DNA of 64,000 nucleotides from Marsupella aquatica (GCA_973895155.1 OZ316898.1:16599420-16663419), one strand, 5' to 3'; positions 39,088 to 51,400 are shown, counted from the first letter of the stretch. Numbers and translations are program-made. Notes: generated by a model not told the origin, from the sequence alone.

Positions 39088-42000
39088 AATGTGCGACCCT
39101 CTCCAAATATGTTACCACGGAGATTGAGAGCAACATATCGAGAAATGGGTATGCCAGAAGAAGGACATGGATCAGAGTCACACTCCTCATCAAGTGCTAG
39201 TGGAAGCAGTAACCCTGATGAAGAGGTACCTCGGACGGATGAACAAGTAACTGATGACCAGGATAGAGCCATGGATGACTTTATGGTTGATTGGTTTGGT
39301 GCCGACAACCTTGGTGATGACCTTCCCAATGAAGGGCAGGTGCCCCCCAATGATCCACGCCCAAGGCATACCCCTGAGGGACAACGCCAATGGGAAGAAG
39401 CAGAGGAACATGCCCGAACACCTATCTATGAGGGTGCTCATTTGAGTCGTCTTTCAGCCATCTTGGGGTTGATGAACCTACAGGCCAAACACAAGGCAAG
39501 CAATGCCTTGTTATCTGATATGTTTGCACTTTGCCATGACCTTATGTTGCCCACTGAGAATGTGTTGCCAGCAACTTGGAAGGAGGCAAAGAGTGTTCTC
39601 TCATCTATTGGCATGGAATATCATATTGTTCATGCATGTGTGAATGATTGCATGTTATTTCATGGGGCCAATGCAAACATGACACAATATACAACATGTG
39701 ATGAGCCTCGCTATGACCCCAACATGCTAACAAAGAAGGTGCCAAGGAAGGCTGTTCGTTGGTTTCCCATCATTCCTCGGTTGTTGCACATGTATCGGTG
39801 TTCTGACTTGGCAGAGTTGATGGTATGGCATAAGACTCATCGATCAGAGTCTGATGTCATGCGGTTGCCAGTTGACTCCCCTGCTCACAAACATATTGAG
39901 GCAACATGGCCAGACTTTGCACATGATCCTCGCCATGTGAGGCTAGGATTGGCATCTGATGGAGTTAGCCCTCATTCACTTGGAGGAAAGGGGCAACCTA
40001 CATCAGTTTGGCCTGTGGTTGTCATGAATGTAACCTCCCACCATGGCTATCCATGAAGAAGGGGTTCCTTTTATTGTCTTTGATTATCCCAGGTCCAAAA
40101 AAGGTGAAGAACTTTGACACTTACTTGGCACTATTGGTTGGAGAACTTCAAAAATTATGGAATGGAGTGTGGGTATATGATGGCAGGAAAATTACAGGAG
40201 GTTTTCCATGTGTCTTTCAATTGAGAGGGATCATTTGTTGGACAATGCATGACTATCCTGGTAAGATGACTTCCATGCCATTTGCAACCCTTCAATAATG
40301 TGTAGTTCCTATTGATGTTTCTCATGTGACAACCCTAACATAAAGTTTGCATGGTTTGATTTCTTCTATGTAAGCAGGGTTTGGTTTTGTCTCTGGATTG
40401 CAAACTCAGGGGTACAAAGCTTGCTCTACTTGTGGCCCAAGCTTAGAGGACATGGCCACATATTGTTCATGGATTAGAAAGATTGTTTATATTGGGCATA
40501 CAAAGTTTCTTCCCATGGGGCATGAGATGAGGTTTGACCCACTTCTATTCTCCTCCTTTGACATGCCATTTGGTGATGAGCGTGAAATTCCTGATGCAAC
40601 AAGTTTTGCACATTGGAAGTCACTAGCTAATAGGGTGGCAGACCCAAATGATTCCTTCACCTTTGATAGGACAGGTTTGACCAGGTGGAGTATACTAGCC
40701 ACTTTGCCCTATTGGTCTGAGTTGAAGATCCGCCATCTTTTAGACCCCATGCACATAGAGGGAAATGTGGGGAAGGCTTTGATAAAGCATTTTTATGGGG
40801 AGAAGGACACTAATTTTAGGGAGGCATGCGAGGAGATGGAAATGCATCTAGATGTTTGGGTGACAATTGATCCTATCACAGGTGTGGAGAATCGTCCTTC
40901 TGCTCCTTGAGTGTTGAGTGTTGGCCAAAGACGTGAATTTCGGAACCGTATAGGAGAGATGCGGTTTCCTACAGGCTATGGTGCCAACTTTCGAAAAGCT
41001 TTTGGGATGGAGGACAATCACAAGTGGCCACGATATCTGAAGACACATGACTATCATCGCCTATTGCAGCATATATTGCCAGTGGCAATTATAGGTATAG
41101 GGAGTGAAGAAGTGCAAGATGCCATCTGGTCATTGGGTCGTTTGTTGAGATGGATATGCTCAAAGGAGATATATGTAGAAGAGATCCCTGGGATGGAGGT
41201 ATTGGCAGCTGAGGTGGTATGCAAGTTGGAGAAAGCCCTTCCTCCTTCCTTCTTTGATTGTCAGGTTCATTTACTTGTGCATCTTGTGCGGGAGGTTGCC
41301 ATTGCAGGTCCAGTGCATTGTAGATGGATGTATTGGCTTGAGCGTTACATGGCGGTGTTGAAGGCTTATGTACGTAACCGTGCACGGGTGGAGGGAAGCA
41401 TAGCTACAGGATACTTGGCAGCAGAGAGTATGTTTTATTGTAGTAACATCTTGGCCACCATTGATCCTACTTGTCCACGTACTTGGATGGAGGAAAGAGA
41501 AGAGGAGGAGGACCGTTTAACAGGTGCCACAAAAACACGCATGTTGACATCAACAGAGTGGTCACAGTTGACAACATTTATGTTGAGTAATAGTAATATC
41601 ATGGAGAAATGGAGAGAGTTTTATGAGAATGCCAAGAGAACAAGTCAAAGAGCAAGAATTTTTCCTAAGATGCATGAGTATATGAAGCAAAAGTTGCTTG
41701 ACTTGGATGACATGGTGACACAAGGAGGAGATGTGTCCCACTTTCTTACCATCACAGATGACGTTCGGACCATTGTTCATGGCCCTTTGAGAGTGGTGAC
41801 ATCCAAGACGGCTATGTGGACACAAGGGAGACACTTCAGGTCCACTAGTACCTAACCTTTCTTCCTCTATTAATTCATGTAGACCTTATTTTGATTAGTT
41901 ATTTCTATTGTTTAAAAACTTTCTATTATCATTAATGACATCCATAACTATAATGTTGGCTTCTATATTTATGCCATATGTGGGTTTTGGCTATTTAGGG

Positions 42001-42572
42001 ATGGGTGTCATATTTTGATGATTATTACATTAATGGTATCTTTTACAGTGTAATAAAAATTTGTGGGTTTTGTTAATTTTAGGGTTTCTTCCCTTGATGA
42101 GAAGAGGGGTCGTACTTTTGATTGTGGAGTTCAAGGGGAATTTTCTCAAGACTCCAGAAGCAGCCGCCATGACAGGAACATTGTTAGAGATGTTGTGCCA
42201 CACTATGGGAAGATAGAGGAGATCTTGGTGGTATCATATGATAACCATTCAAAGTTTGAGGAATATGTCTTCAAGTGCAAGTGGTTCAAAGTGAACCTTG
42301 TTGGTCAAAATTGCACTGTACTTCAAGATGAGAGTGGGTTTACACGGTTGAAGATAAGTGCCACTAGTGTTCAAGCATCTCATTGGCAAACGTCAGAACC
42401 ATTTGCTTTCCCATCACACTTGGAGCAATGTTTCTACATTCCATACCCCTTAGACACCGAGTGGTCAATTGTCATCACCTATGTGCCACGTTCTCGTTCC
42501 ATTGTTTCTGAGAAGCCAGATGTTATTGTATCAGACCTAGATGACCTTGAGGCCGATGAGGACCAAGTGTGA
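39088..42572 (+). pseudogene. TnpD/Tnp2 CACTA transposase; exons 39088..40260, 40378..41839, 42083..42572
   Basis: HACVNDCMLF, WFPIIPRL, RHVRLGLASDG, SVWPVV..NLPPW, LIIPGPK, MHDYPG|FG..GYKAC, LDPMHIEGNV, LKTHDYH, PPSFFD..VHLLVHL, GPVHCRWMYWLER, VEGSI, YGKIEEI, FKCKWF, EPFAFP; canonical GT-AG introns; frameshift ~40030 and TGA 40908..40910. Confidence 0.95.
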
Positions 42573-43533
42573 GGGACATATTTATATGCACTTGGGTCCA
42601 GCCTAGACATTTGTTCATGTTATATTTGATTTGTTCATGTTTGGTGATATAAAAAAAAGGATTGTCTATATTTATATTTGCCATTCACTTTTGAATGAGT
42701 CATACTCATGACATATGTATTGTATTGTTTTATTGTGATCACTTGTGAATTTTACATGCAACTTTCTATCTAACCTCTGTTGCTCAATATAACTTTATTT
42801 CCTACTTATTCCATAATTTTCATTCTCACCCTCGTGTTTCCCTCCTCCGTGGTACGTCTGTCCCTCCTCCTCCCTTCCTCTTTCTCCTCCCTCCTTCCTC
42901 TTCCATTGTACTCCCTCCCTTTTCCATCCTTCATTGTACCTCCCTCCATCCTCCCTTCCTCTTCCCTCCTGCCCCATCCATATATTGGACCATCCACCCT
43001 CTTCATTGTCTCACCTCACAATAACCTTAATTTTTAGTTTGCGAACAATTTGCGAAGCTCACAAACTCTCACCGGACTCGCAATTTATATGAAGCTTCTC
43101 GTTTCTCAATATTTCCATACTACACTCTTCGCAAACTTGTGATGCAAAATCAATCACAAATTTCATATTTTCAGCGTTTCGCAAATCTTCCATCCTCCGA
43201 CATTTTTAAACTTGTCAAACAACTACTATCGCAAAACATTTTCAATCCAATATTCTTCGCAAATATTTACATGAGTTAGTTTCGGAGTCGGCGAGTGATT
43301 TTTCCGTCTTCGGAAGGTGCCTTTCCATTCGACGCATTTCGGTAAAAATTGCAAAACCACTTACTTCGCAATTTATTAGCGATATAATGCGCTTCAGGTA
43401 TTATATTTGCGATAGGGATAGAATCGCAAATTGCGATGCGGGTTGATTCGCAAAATATGCAAAGCGCCGCCCATCAGAAATACAAGAGCGTCGACAAAAA
43501 TACCTTCGCAAAAGTGTCAAATATGTTGTAGTG

Positions 43534-46311
43534 ATCTAAACAAGCCAGCATGATGCCATATATGATCACAAGTTCCCAACACGGAAATAGATTCAGGGCC
43601 CCATGGATATAGGCACCAAGTACACTTATCATCTTTTTCACGAACAAATACTGTCATATTATCATCATTTTTCTATTTATCAAAATATTTTTGAATACCT
43701 TCAGCACTAGCCTCCACATCTGGAAAAAGCTTGCTAGATCCTATAGGATCAATGATCTGCATGTGAACAAAATCCTTGGACCCTTCTTTCTTTGACTCAG
43801 ACTCCAAATCACCATGGTTGAAATTATCTATCTCCTACTATAGATTTGTTATGATAAGTTGTTGAGATGCAATGTCATTTCAAAGATCGTTGATGATTTT
43901 GTTCTTCTTCTGAAGTTCTGCCACTTCATTATGTTGAGCTTCTCTTTGGGCAAGTTGTTGAGTTAGCTTCTTGATTTCTTCCATCTTGTCAAACAATTTG
44001 CCTTGTTTTGAGCATATTCTCAAAATCTTTGTTGCCAATGCGTGGCAACCGCTTGATGTGTTACCTTTGAGATAGTAAATTTTTCTTGTGACCAAGATCT
44101 TGTTTTCCATATTTCTGGATCGTCAAAAAGCATTCTTGCAAATTTTTGAAACTCTACTTTGGGCATTAAAATCTCCAATTCTTTTGCATTGATGGGCCAC
44201 TCATCATGAGGAGGTTTGATATTTTCTGCTATGATATTCCATTCTAGATCGATACTGCCATCCTCCAACTTTGTTGTGTTTTGCAAGGAGCTATTGCTGC
44301 CCATAGCAGTATTACAAACATTGGGTTTTGACTCATTTTCCGGCCCAATCATTGGAGGTAGCAAATTTCCATGAACATCATTATCAAAATCATCGTAGTA
44401 AGCATCTTGAGCGTCTTGCATGATTATAGGATCACATTTCACATTCGTATCTTTGTCATCATCATCAAATTCCAAATCCTAGAGTGGCATGTTTGCAAGA
44501 TCAAACATAAAAACAAATTTAGAAAAAATTCAAATATTCATCAAAACAAAAGATACAACAATATGAACATATCACTTCATATGAACCATGTCAATGTTGA
44601 TGCCTTCATGTGACAATTGAAGGGTCAAGTTTGTAATCTTTAATCTCTAAGATAAAGACTATTTTGTGCAAATAGTCTACAATTCTGAAAGGTTCAAACC
44701 ATCTTCAAACTCCAAAAGGCACAATCTTGCCTTTTCTTCACCTCTGTGGCCATCATATCACAAACCATAGTTTCCAATTCAGGACCATGTTCCAAGGCAT
44801 TCCAACCCCTATTCTAACCCCTACCCAACCACTGTGTCCTCATGGACGCTCCATCCCAATTCTCTAAAAATAGACTCTAAAAATGTTGCCCAAAGCATAT
44901 ATATCAGTTGCTTGGCTATACACTACTGGAGTGGGCAAAACAAGCTCTAGAGCCAATTATAGATATTATTTTTGATAGGCTACAACTTTATCTACAAGAG
45001 TAGACCACATTTGATTCTCTGGTAATTTGTATTGTGACTTATGTTTGGAAAAGCCAAAATCACATAAGCCAACATACACCATGATGGCTACATCCTCCTC
45101 ATAGTTGAAATGAAGAAGAATATTTCCAAAGTGAAGATCATAATGGAATCGTCCATGTTCATGCAAATATTGTAGCGTCTCAAGCAATGTCAAGGCAATT
45201 CCCAAACGGTTCTCCAGAAAAAGTTTCTTTTCAGAAACAAACTTGAAATAAATGTTGGAGGTACTCTATGATTTCCCTTGCTCTTTGACCATAATCCGCA
45301 CCTATCTATGAAGCTTCCCAAATCAACTCCATTGTAATGATCATAAACAAGTCTTGGCGGATCATCAATAGTCATTGTCAAAGCCCCAACAATGCCCTTG
45401 TGATCCTTCCATAAGCATTTCTTGTAATGCATCTATTCTCCTCTTATGCTTATCACTTTTTTTGAATCTTTTAGCGACTAGTGTGACATTCATTGGAATA
45501 AGAGGATAATCTAAAATGTGACAAGTGTAAACCTCTTCTTGAACACCTTTCCCAATGGAATCTACAGTTTGCACCTGCTCAGGCTTAAGGAAATGAATAC
45601 TCCTAACCTCCACAACTACACATGATGAACGTGTTTCTTTTGAATCACTTTTGATACTGACATCCTCAAACTGCATCACCTTGTTTGCATATTTGATGTT
45701 GCTTTTTGCTTTTGCCATTGCTAACTCTTTACTCCAAGTTGATAATAAACTCCTCTTGTGCTTATACATCTCAGGGTTTCCAAGTAATGTACTATCATCC
45801 AGACTCAATTTGGCCACCAACACATCCCAAATATTCATATCCAAGTTCAATGCCACATTGTCAATAAATCCAGTTGGTTTTTCATAGTCAACTAGAAATA
45901 CCTCCATCTACTCTCTTGTGAAATTCTCTTCATCCTCCACACTTTCACGCATACAACGGGTTATCTCACTCACAAACTTCTTGTATCCCTTCAGACCATG
46001 CTTGGTGAACTTCATCTCAAACACTCGCTCAAACCCATTTGCCTCATATTGATGTGGTTGAGTGTAACGATATAGTACTCCTTTCCATATTGCCACTACC
46101 ACGTTGAATCAAACTTGTTTGACCTCAATGAAATCCCCCCTCTTTTTTTCCTCTTCCCAATCACTTTGGTCGGAGTTATTGCATACTCAAGAGCCTTTCG
46201 TGCATTCCTGAGTGACTCGAGAGCGATCCTATTCGGTTCACCCCCCTCATCCAAAACTTTCATGATCGCTTCCAACAATTGTCTATATTCTACATGAAAA
46301 GGAGACTCCAT
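43534..46311 (-). pseudogene. hAT cargo gene, 5' part: protein kinase + acidic linker + coiled coil + N-terminal half of RING-H2
   Basis: Kinase subdomains IGKGVQEEVY, LVAKRFK, HYDLHFGNILL, LCDFG, LALE, YSQATDIYALG (~45560..44750); coiled coil MEEIKKLTQQLAQREAQH (43880..44110); KCTWC...GTCDHIWH at ~43545..43630; stops and frameshifts present. Confidence 0.8.
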
Positions 46312-47099
46312 TGTGGCTTCACCGGAATGATACGTGAGAAAAGGAGTAAAACCTTACCACTCAAAAATAATTCTTCCAATAAACTGCCCACAAAAACCCT
46401 GAAATTCACGGATCGACGTGAATTGTTATGCACTATCTCTCCAATTTCACACTTTTATTCCATTTCATTCTTATTAATGTTTTAAATATCACAACGATAA
46501 AAGAAGGGAGAACACAATTGTGAATTATTCCATACCAAGTCGAAGCTCCAAACATGTGCACAAAAGTTTTCTTTTCTTTCAAAGTTATGACATTTGTACT
46601 TCAATCTATGTGATATCTATAATTTAACAACCATTTGTCGATTGAGTGAAAACATTTTCAGCGAATCGTGACACCCATGCAAAATAACACATGCTGAGCC
46701 GAAGCTCCAATCTTGCGTACATGGGTTTCTCTATCTCCGTAAATCTTTTATTCAATTTACAAATGATCATAAATTGTTAAGGTGGTATTAAAAGACTCGT
46801 GTACAAAATATCCCATGTCAAGCCAAAGCAACAAACACACGCATACAGGAATCTCTTTATATTCTTCAATTGATCTAAAAATAATGCTACAAATCACAAA
46901 GGAAACACAATATGAACCAATACAATGCAAAATACAACTCAAAACATAAACAAACCCTAAACCCATACAAAATAAAACCAAAAACATAACCAAACATAAA
47001 CTAAAACCAAAACCTTACCTCTATCTCCTCCACTCTCCTCCTCCTCCCCTCCTCCTCCTCCACTCTCCTTCCCTTCACTCCTCCTGCAAAAGAAGACAA

Positions 47100-47830
47100 T
47101 GAGGGAGGAGGTCAGGCCTCTCCCCCTTTTATCCCTTCTCTCGGTCCAAGCCCGCCCTTGTCTTGGCCTCCCAACTGCCCCCCGGCCGACGCAAACCCTA
47201 ATCTGCTTCCTCCTGACCCCCTGACTTTGCTTGCAAACCCTAATCCGGGCCTGACTCCCGACAACCAAACTCCCGACTCCCAACCACCTACTCTCGACTC
47301 CCAACTCCCAACCACCCACCCGATTCCTGACTCCCGACTCCGGACCACCCACCCGACTCCCAAAGTCCTCCCGACTGCCGACCACCAACTCCCGCCCACC
47401 CACCCGACTCCCAACCACCCACCCGACTCTCGACCATCTATCCAACTCCCAACCTACCACGCCCCTACTCCCAACCCCCAACCCCCAACCTACCCCCGGC
47501 CCCTCCGACTCGTCTGACTGACTCCCCACCCAACCGACTCCCCGCCTGACCCTCCGCCCCGACCCCCACCCCCACTACCAGCCCGATAGACTCCCACCCC
47601 GACCTTCCACCCGGCCCCCGACTAACAGTCCAACCGACTCCTCGCCTGACCTCCCCTGCCCCTGACTCCCCACCCCTGACTCCCCGCCCGACCAACCATC
47701 AACTCCCAAACCCCGACCGACCTATTGCCTCCCGACTGCCTTCACCGCCCACCCCCAACTCCCATCGACTCACTCCCACTCGACCCGACTCTCACCCGAC
47801 CTGACCACATTTACCCGGTCGGGATCGATT
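47100..47830 (-). repeat. C-rich CCGAC/GACTCCC subterminal repeat tract of the hAT right arm
   Basis: Mirror image of the left-arm G-rich tract; many CCGACTCCC units. Confidence 0.8.
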
Positions 47831-47893
47831 GGGACGACATGTGTTGGATGTCAGTCGCCAATGCCCCTATTTGTTGAACAAGTTCAAACCAGG

Positions 47894-48720
47894 ATGACAG
47901 TTCTACCACGGCTTGCCCCAATCTGTAACCAACCGGAATTCATCAGCACCAGGCGCTAACCAAAAATTTACCAAATAAAATCCATGAAGTTTTCCAAAGT
48001 TGCACTAATCCTTCTTTAGTACATGCAATCCAAGAAAATGAAAAAACTTACTGATTGACAGTGTGCATGGCAACTTCAATCTTGATTAGAGAACCTCGAT
48101 CTCCCTTGAATACAATGCATAGCACACGGGGGTGGTACTTGATATTTTCTGGGTTCTCTTTCATGATTTGTGACCAGGAATAGAAACAATGATTCCCGTC
48201 AAACACACAAAACATATTGTCTAAGTTCAAGACATTAAAATTGGGATCTACTTCATGGTCCGCTTCAAATTTGTAGGTCAGCAAATTTGTAGTTCAACAA
48301 CTCTCACAAATTTTGGGTGTGTAGAATTGGATGATGCCTTCCCAATCGAGGGAATTGCATCCCAAATCGAGGAATTGTAATCAAAACTACAAAATGAATC
48401 TTTGAGCTTCTTCATTGAAGCACTATCCTATTGCACAATCTGGGGCAAAATCCAAACAACTTCCATGCTCACAAGGTGGCAAGCGGTATACGGGGAGGAT
48501 CCTTTGGCTCTCTTCTAAAATCAACGCCGAATGACATTGCATGTTTTGTGATAACATCACCCATCAATAGCGCCCCTTCACTTTTGTCCTCCTTGACAAA
48601 ATCACTGAAATTCTCCATGACTCCTTGTTTATGCTTTTGGACCGTCTACCCAATGTTCCAAAGCAAATGTGATGTAGTTGAGCGGGTAACGCGCCAAGGC
48701 AGTGTAAACTAAACCAGAGA
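47894..48720 (-). pseudogene. 5' segment of a ParB/sulfiredoxin-like-domain gene (transposon accessory gene?)
   Basis: PPRIPLATL...MKKLKDSF, then NMFCVFDGNHCFYSW (DGxHR-type motif with R>C); intron from GTAAG (~48050) to TTACAG (~47923); start approximate. Confidence 0.55.
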
Positions 48721-49869
48721 ATCTAAGATGTCTAAGAATTACAGGGAGAAGTGTTGTCCATCTCTAGATACAAAGTATATGGACCCAAGATTTGGAATGT
48801 TCTCAGCCAGTCGTTGAGGTCTGCAACGTTATCTTGCAAACCGGACACGTCAATTCCATGTCCCAAACAACTTGCACGGAGAATGTTCTTTACTAGTAGA
48901 CGCATAGGGCAGTAAATCTCACAACAAGATCGGATCGTGGATTGGATCTATCAAATTGACCTTTCACATGGAAAAGATTCAAAGAAGACCGAAAACCAAC
49001 TTGAATATGTAATTTTCATGATGAAAAGTAACAGCTAGCAGAACAACAACGTACACCAACTAGAAGTGGACACTTGTCACATGTTCTCATTGGTCCCATT
49101 AAATAGAATGCAAATTCTCTAAATTTGTGTCCCATTCTAGAGAAAAAATGATCACATAGACACCAAGTTATCATTGAAATATCCATTGGGCTTCCAATTG
49201 GGAAGAGTCACAATAATAGCGCCCGACACTATATTGGTATTACCCTAAAATGACCATAAACTTTGTTAAACGAACATAATATTGCCCAATGCTACTATGA
49301 TCTTGACTGAAAAAACACCATAAAATGTGTTCAATGAATATAATAGCGTTGAATGCTATTGTTTAATATCGTCTGAAATAAAATTTTCTCTTCAAAATTG
49401 TCAAATATTGGTCAACTTCATGATTTTCTAGATAATATGAGTCAATTTCTTGGTTTTCAGTAATAATGGCGCCTAGAGTTATCAATGTAGAGGACTAATA
49501 TTCCTCTCTAACAATAATATTCTAATGTGAATTTGACGCTATTTGATGACGTAAATTATTGTTTTTTGTTGGCGCTACTAATATTTGTTTGTGATAAAAA
49601 TGTTGTTAAACTAACGGCAACATTTTGTTGTCAACGGTCATCCGCCACCATTCTTCAAAGATTTTGCCATTGAATCAACGGTAGTTTAATTTAATTTTGA
49701 AGGTCCGTGTCGTGTTTTCTTTGTTTGAGATGATTGAGATCATGCGGAGAAATAAGAAACTCAAGCCAACACAACACTCTCATTTTACCATTTTGGTGAA
49801 TGTTGTCACGCGATGTTGTGAGTAATTAGGGTAAATTGCCCGATAATGGGCGATGTGATTACCATACTT

Positions 49870-51400
49870 GTGAGGAATGGACCTGGTCATCAATGCATTA
49901 GTGAGAATTATCTTTGCCAAAGGTTTAATGCCAAGCGGAAAGACATTGCAAGTTTAGGGACACTTGCCAAAGGGCTAGCCCATTTTATTACATTGGTGGA
50001 GATAAATTTTGGCAACTGCAAGTAGGTGTCGAGTACACACTTTGCCTCCGTGGAAAAGAATTGGTTCATGTTAAATTAGAGACGACTGATGCATCGCGGG
50101 AAGTCATCAACCTCATATCTATTGGTGAGGACTCATTCCTTGAATCTCCTTTGCCAATGAATGTTGGGAACATCAAGAGAGAAGAATGTCATTTGGCTAA
50201 ACAATTGGTTTGAATGCATCAGTGTAGCACATTGAGGGAAGATGTTCTTCCAATTTTGCCATGATTGAACTCAACAAATAGTGGTTCTGACACACTTCTA
50301 AAAGCTCAGTCTATTCCTATCGTCTACAAACGAAGCGCATTAGATGCATGCACTTTTGAAATCATTTGGCCAAAGTGAGCTTTTGCGCTTTGTGAGATCA
50401 ACAACCTTCCTCGCAACTTTCCTTGCAACTTTGAAGCACGAGCAAGTAGAACTCCTTCCAAAAACTTACAATGACAATGTTATTTTTGAGCTTCCACCTA
50501 TTGGTTGTGTCGATTCAAAAGGGAAGCGTCTCCTTAACATGGACCGGTTGAAGGATATATTGCTATCTTTGGACTCAAATTCTTCCCACTTGAGCCAATG
50601 TCTTACTCACCTAAGAAGATGTGGGAGTTTGGCAAGTCAGTTGTAGTGGATCACTAGAATGTACGTCAAAATAAAGCATGCAAGTTTTATATCAAAACCA
50701 ATGGTAGGAGTTGTACATCATGGGAAGGGACCCCTAAGCTAGGAGGCCAACATTGTCCAAGAAGGTTGATTAACGCAGGAGGGATAGTTTGTCATTATTG
50801 TCTTTAACTCCCGTTTTGTTTGGACTCCTGTCCCACCAAAATGTTCTATTGTATGTACCCACAGGTACCCACAAGTTCTGCTAGATTCGGTGATAGTGCA
50901 GCATATGTCATGCCTTGCAATCCATATGGGTGTCCATAACCATCCGTGTCAAAAGGTTTGGTCTAGAAGTTCAGAGAAAATAGCTGTAGATGAGATCCAA
51001 AAAGAGCACTTGAAGAATCTTTCTTCCTCGCCTTGTGTTGTAAAAAATGCAATCACTGGATATTTCATGGATGCACTAGATGAATTTGTTGATGACGTTT
51101 CAAAGATGGAAGAAACTGAGATTTGACAGTCACTTATGCATGTTTTGACTCCATAGAAATTCTTTGTCTTGTTTAAGAGTGTCCGGAAAGATCAAGCTGG
51201 GTGACGAGACCTCAAATATCTGGTTCAAATGCAAAAGAACATGAGGTTTCCATTTGTTCAAAGGTATCTCCCTTCCTGGGCAAGGTTGTAAGGAGGACCA
51301 AGCTCATATTTTCAAAATGACAATCAAAGGTGATGGATCGGGAGTTGATTTATTGCGACATATGAAAAATGGGAGACCCCTTGAAGGAGCATGGGTGAAC
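49870..51400 (+). pseudogene. MULE-like transposase relic with GCM-type zinc domain, truncated before the catalytic core
   Basis: VELLPKTYNDNVIFELPP...MDR, Cys-rich VCHYC..PFCLDSC, MSCLAIHMGVHNHP, and SLPGQG...HIFKMTIKGDGSGVDLLRHMKNGRPLEGAWV; ends abruptly at the gypsy integrase junction. Family assignment from motif recall. Confidence 0.55.

Larger units (their letters stand above)
33835..43533 (+). mobile_element. CACTA (En/Spm) transposon 2, formerly autonomous, 9699 bp
   Basis: Termini CACTACAACA / TGTTGTAGTG (10-bp perfect TIR followed by TTTTGCGAA at both ends); 3-bp TSD ATC at 33832..33834 and 43534..43536; abundant TTCGCA/TGCGAA subterminal motifs; encodes TnpD and TnpA-like genes. 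Confidence 0.96.
26815..47893 (+). mobile_element. hAT transposon, 21079 bp as found (~11.0 kb after removing nested CACTA-2 and MITE)
   Basis: 13-bp TIRs CCCGGTTTGAGCT (26815..26827) and AGTTCAAACCAGG (47881..47893, rc CCTGGTTTGAACT); 8-bp TSD ACGACAGT (26807..26814) / ATGACAGT (47894..47901), differing by one CpG transition; mirror-image GTCGG/CCGAC subterminal repeats; internal hAT transposase; excision restores the flanking reading frame. Confidence 0.9.

Noticed and set aside
26795-47863. CATTG...CAATG as the hAT termini
   Set aside because: The flanks (TCTATCTA vs CCCCTATT) give no TSD; the 26815/47893 ends give a TIR, an 8-bp TSD and frame restoration.
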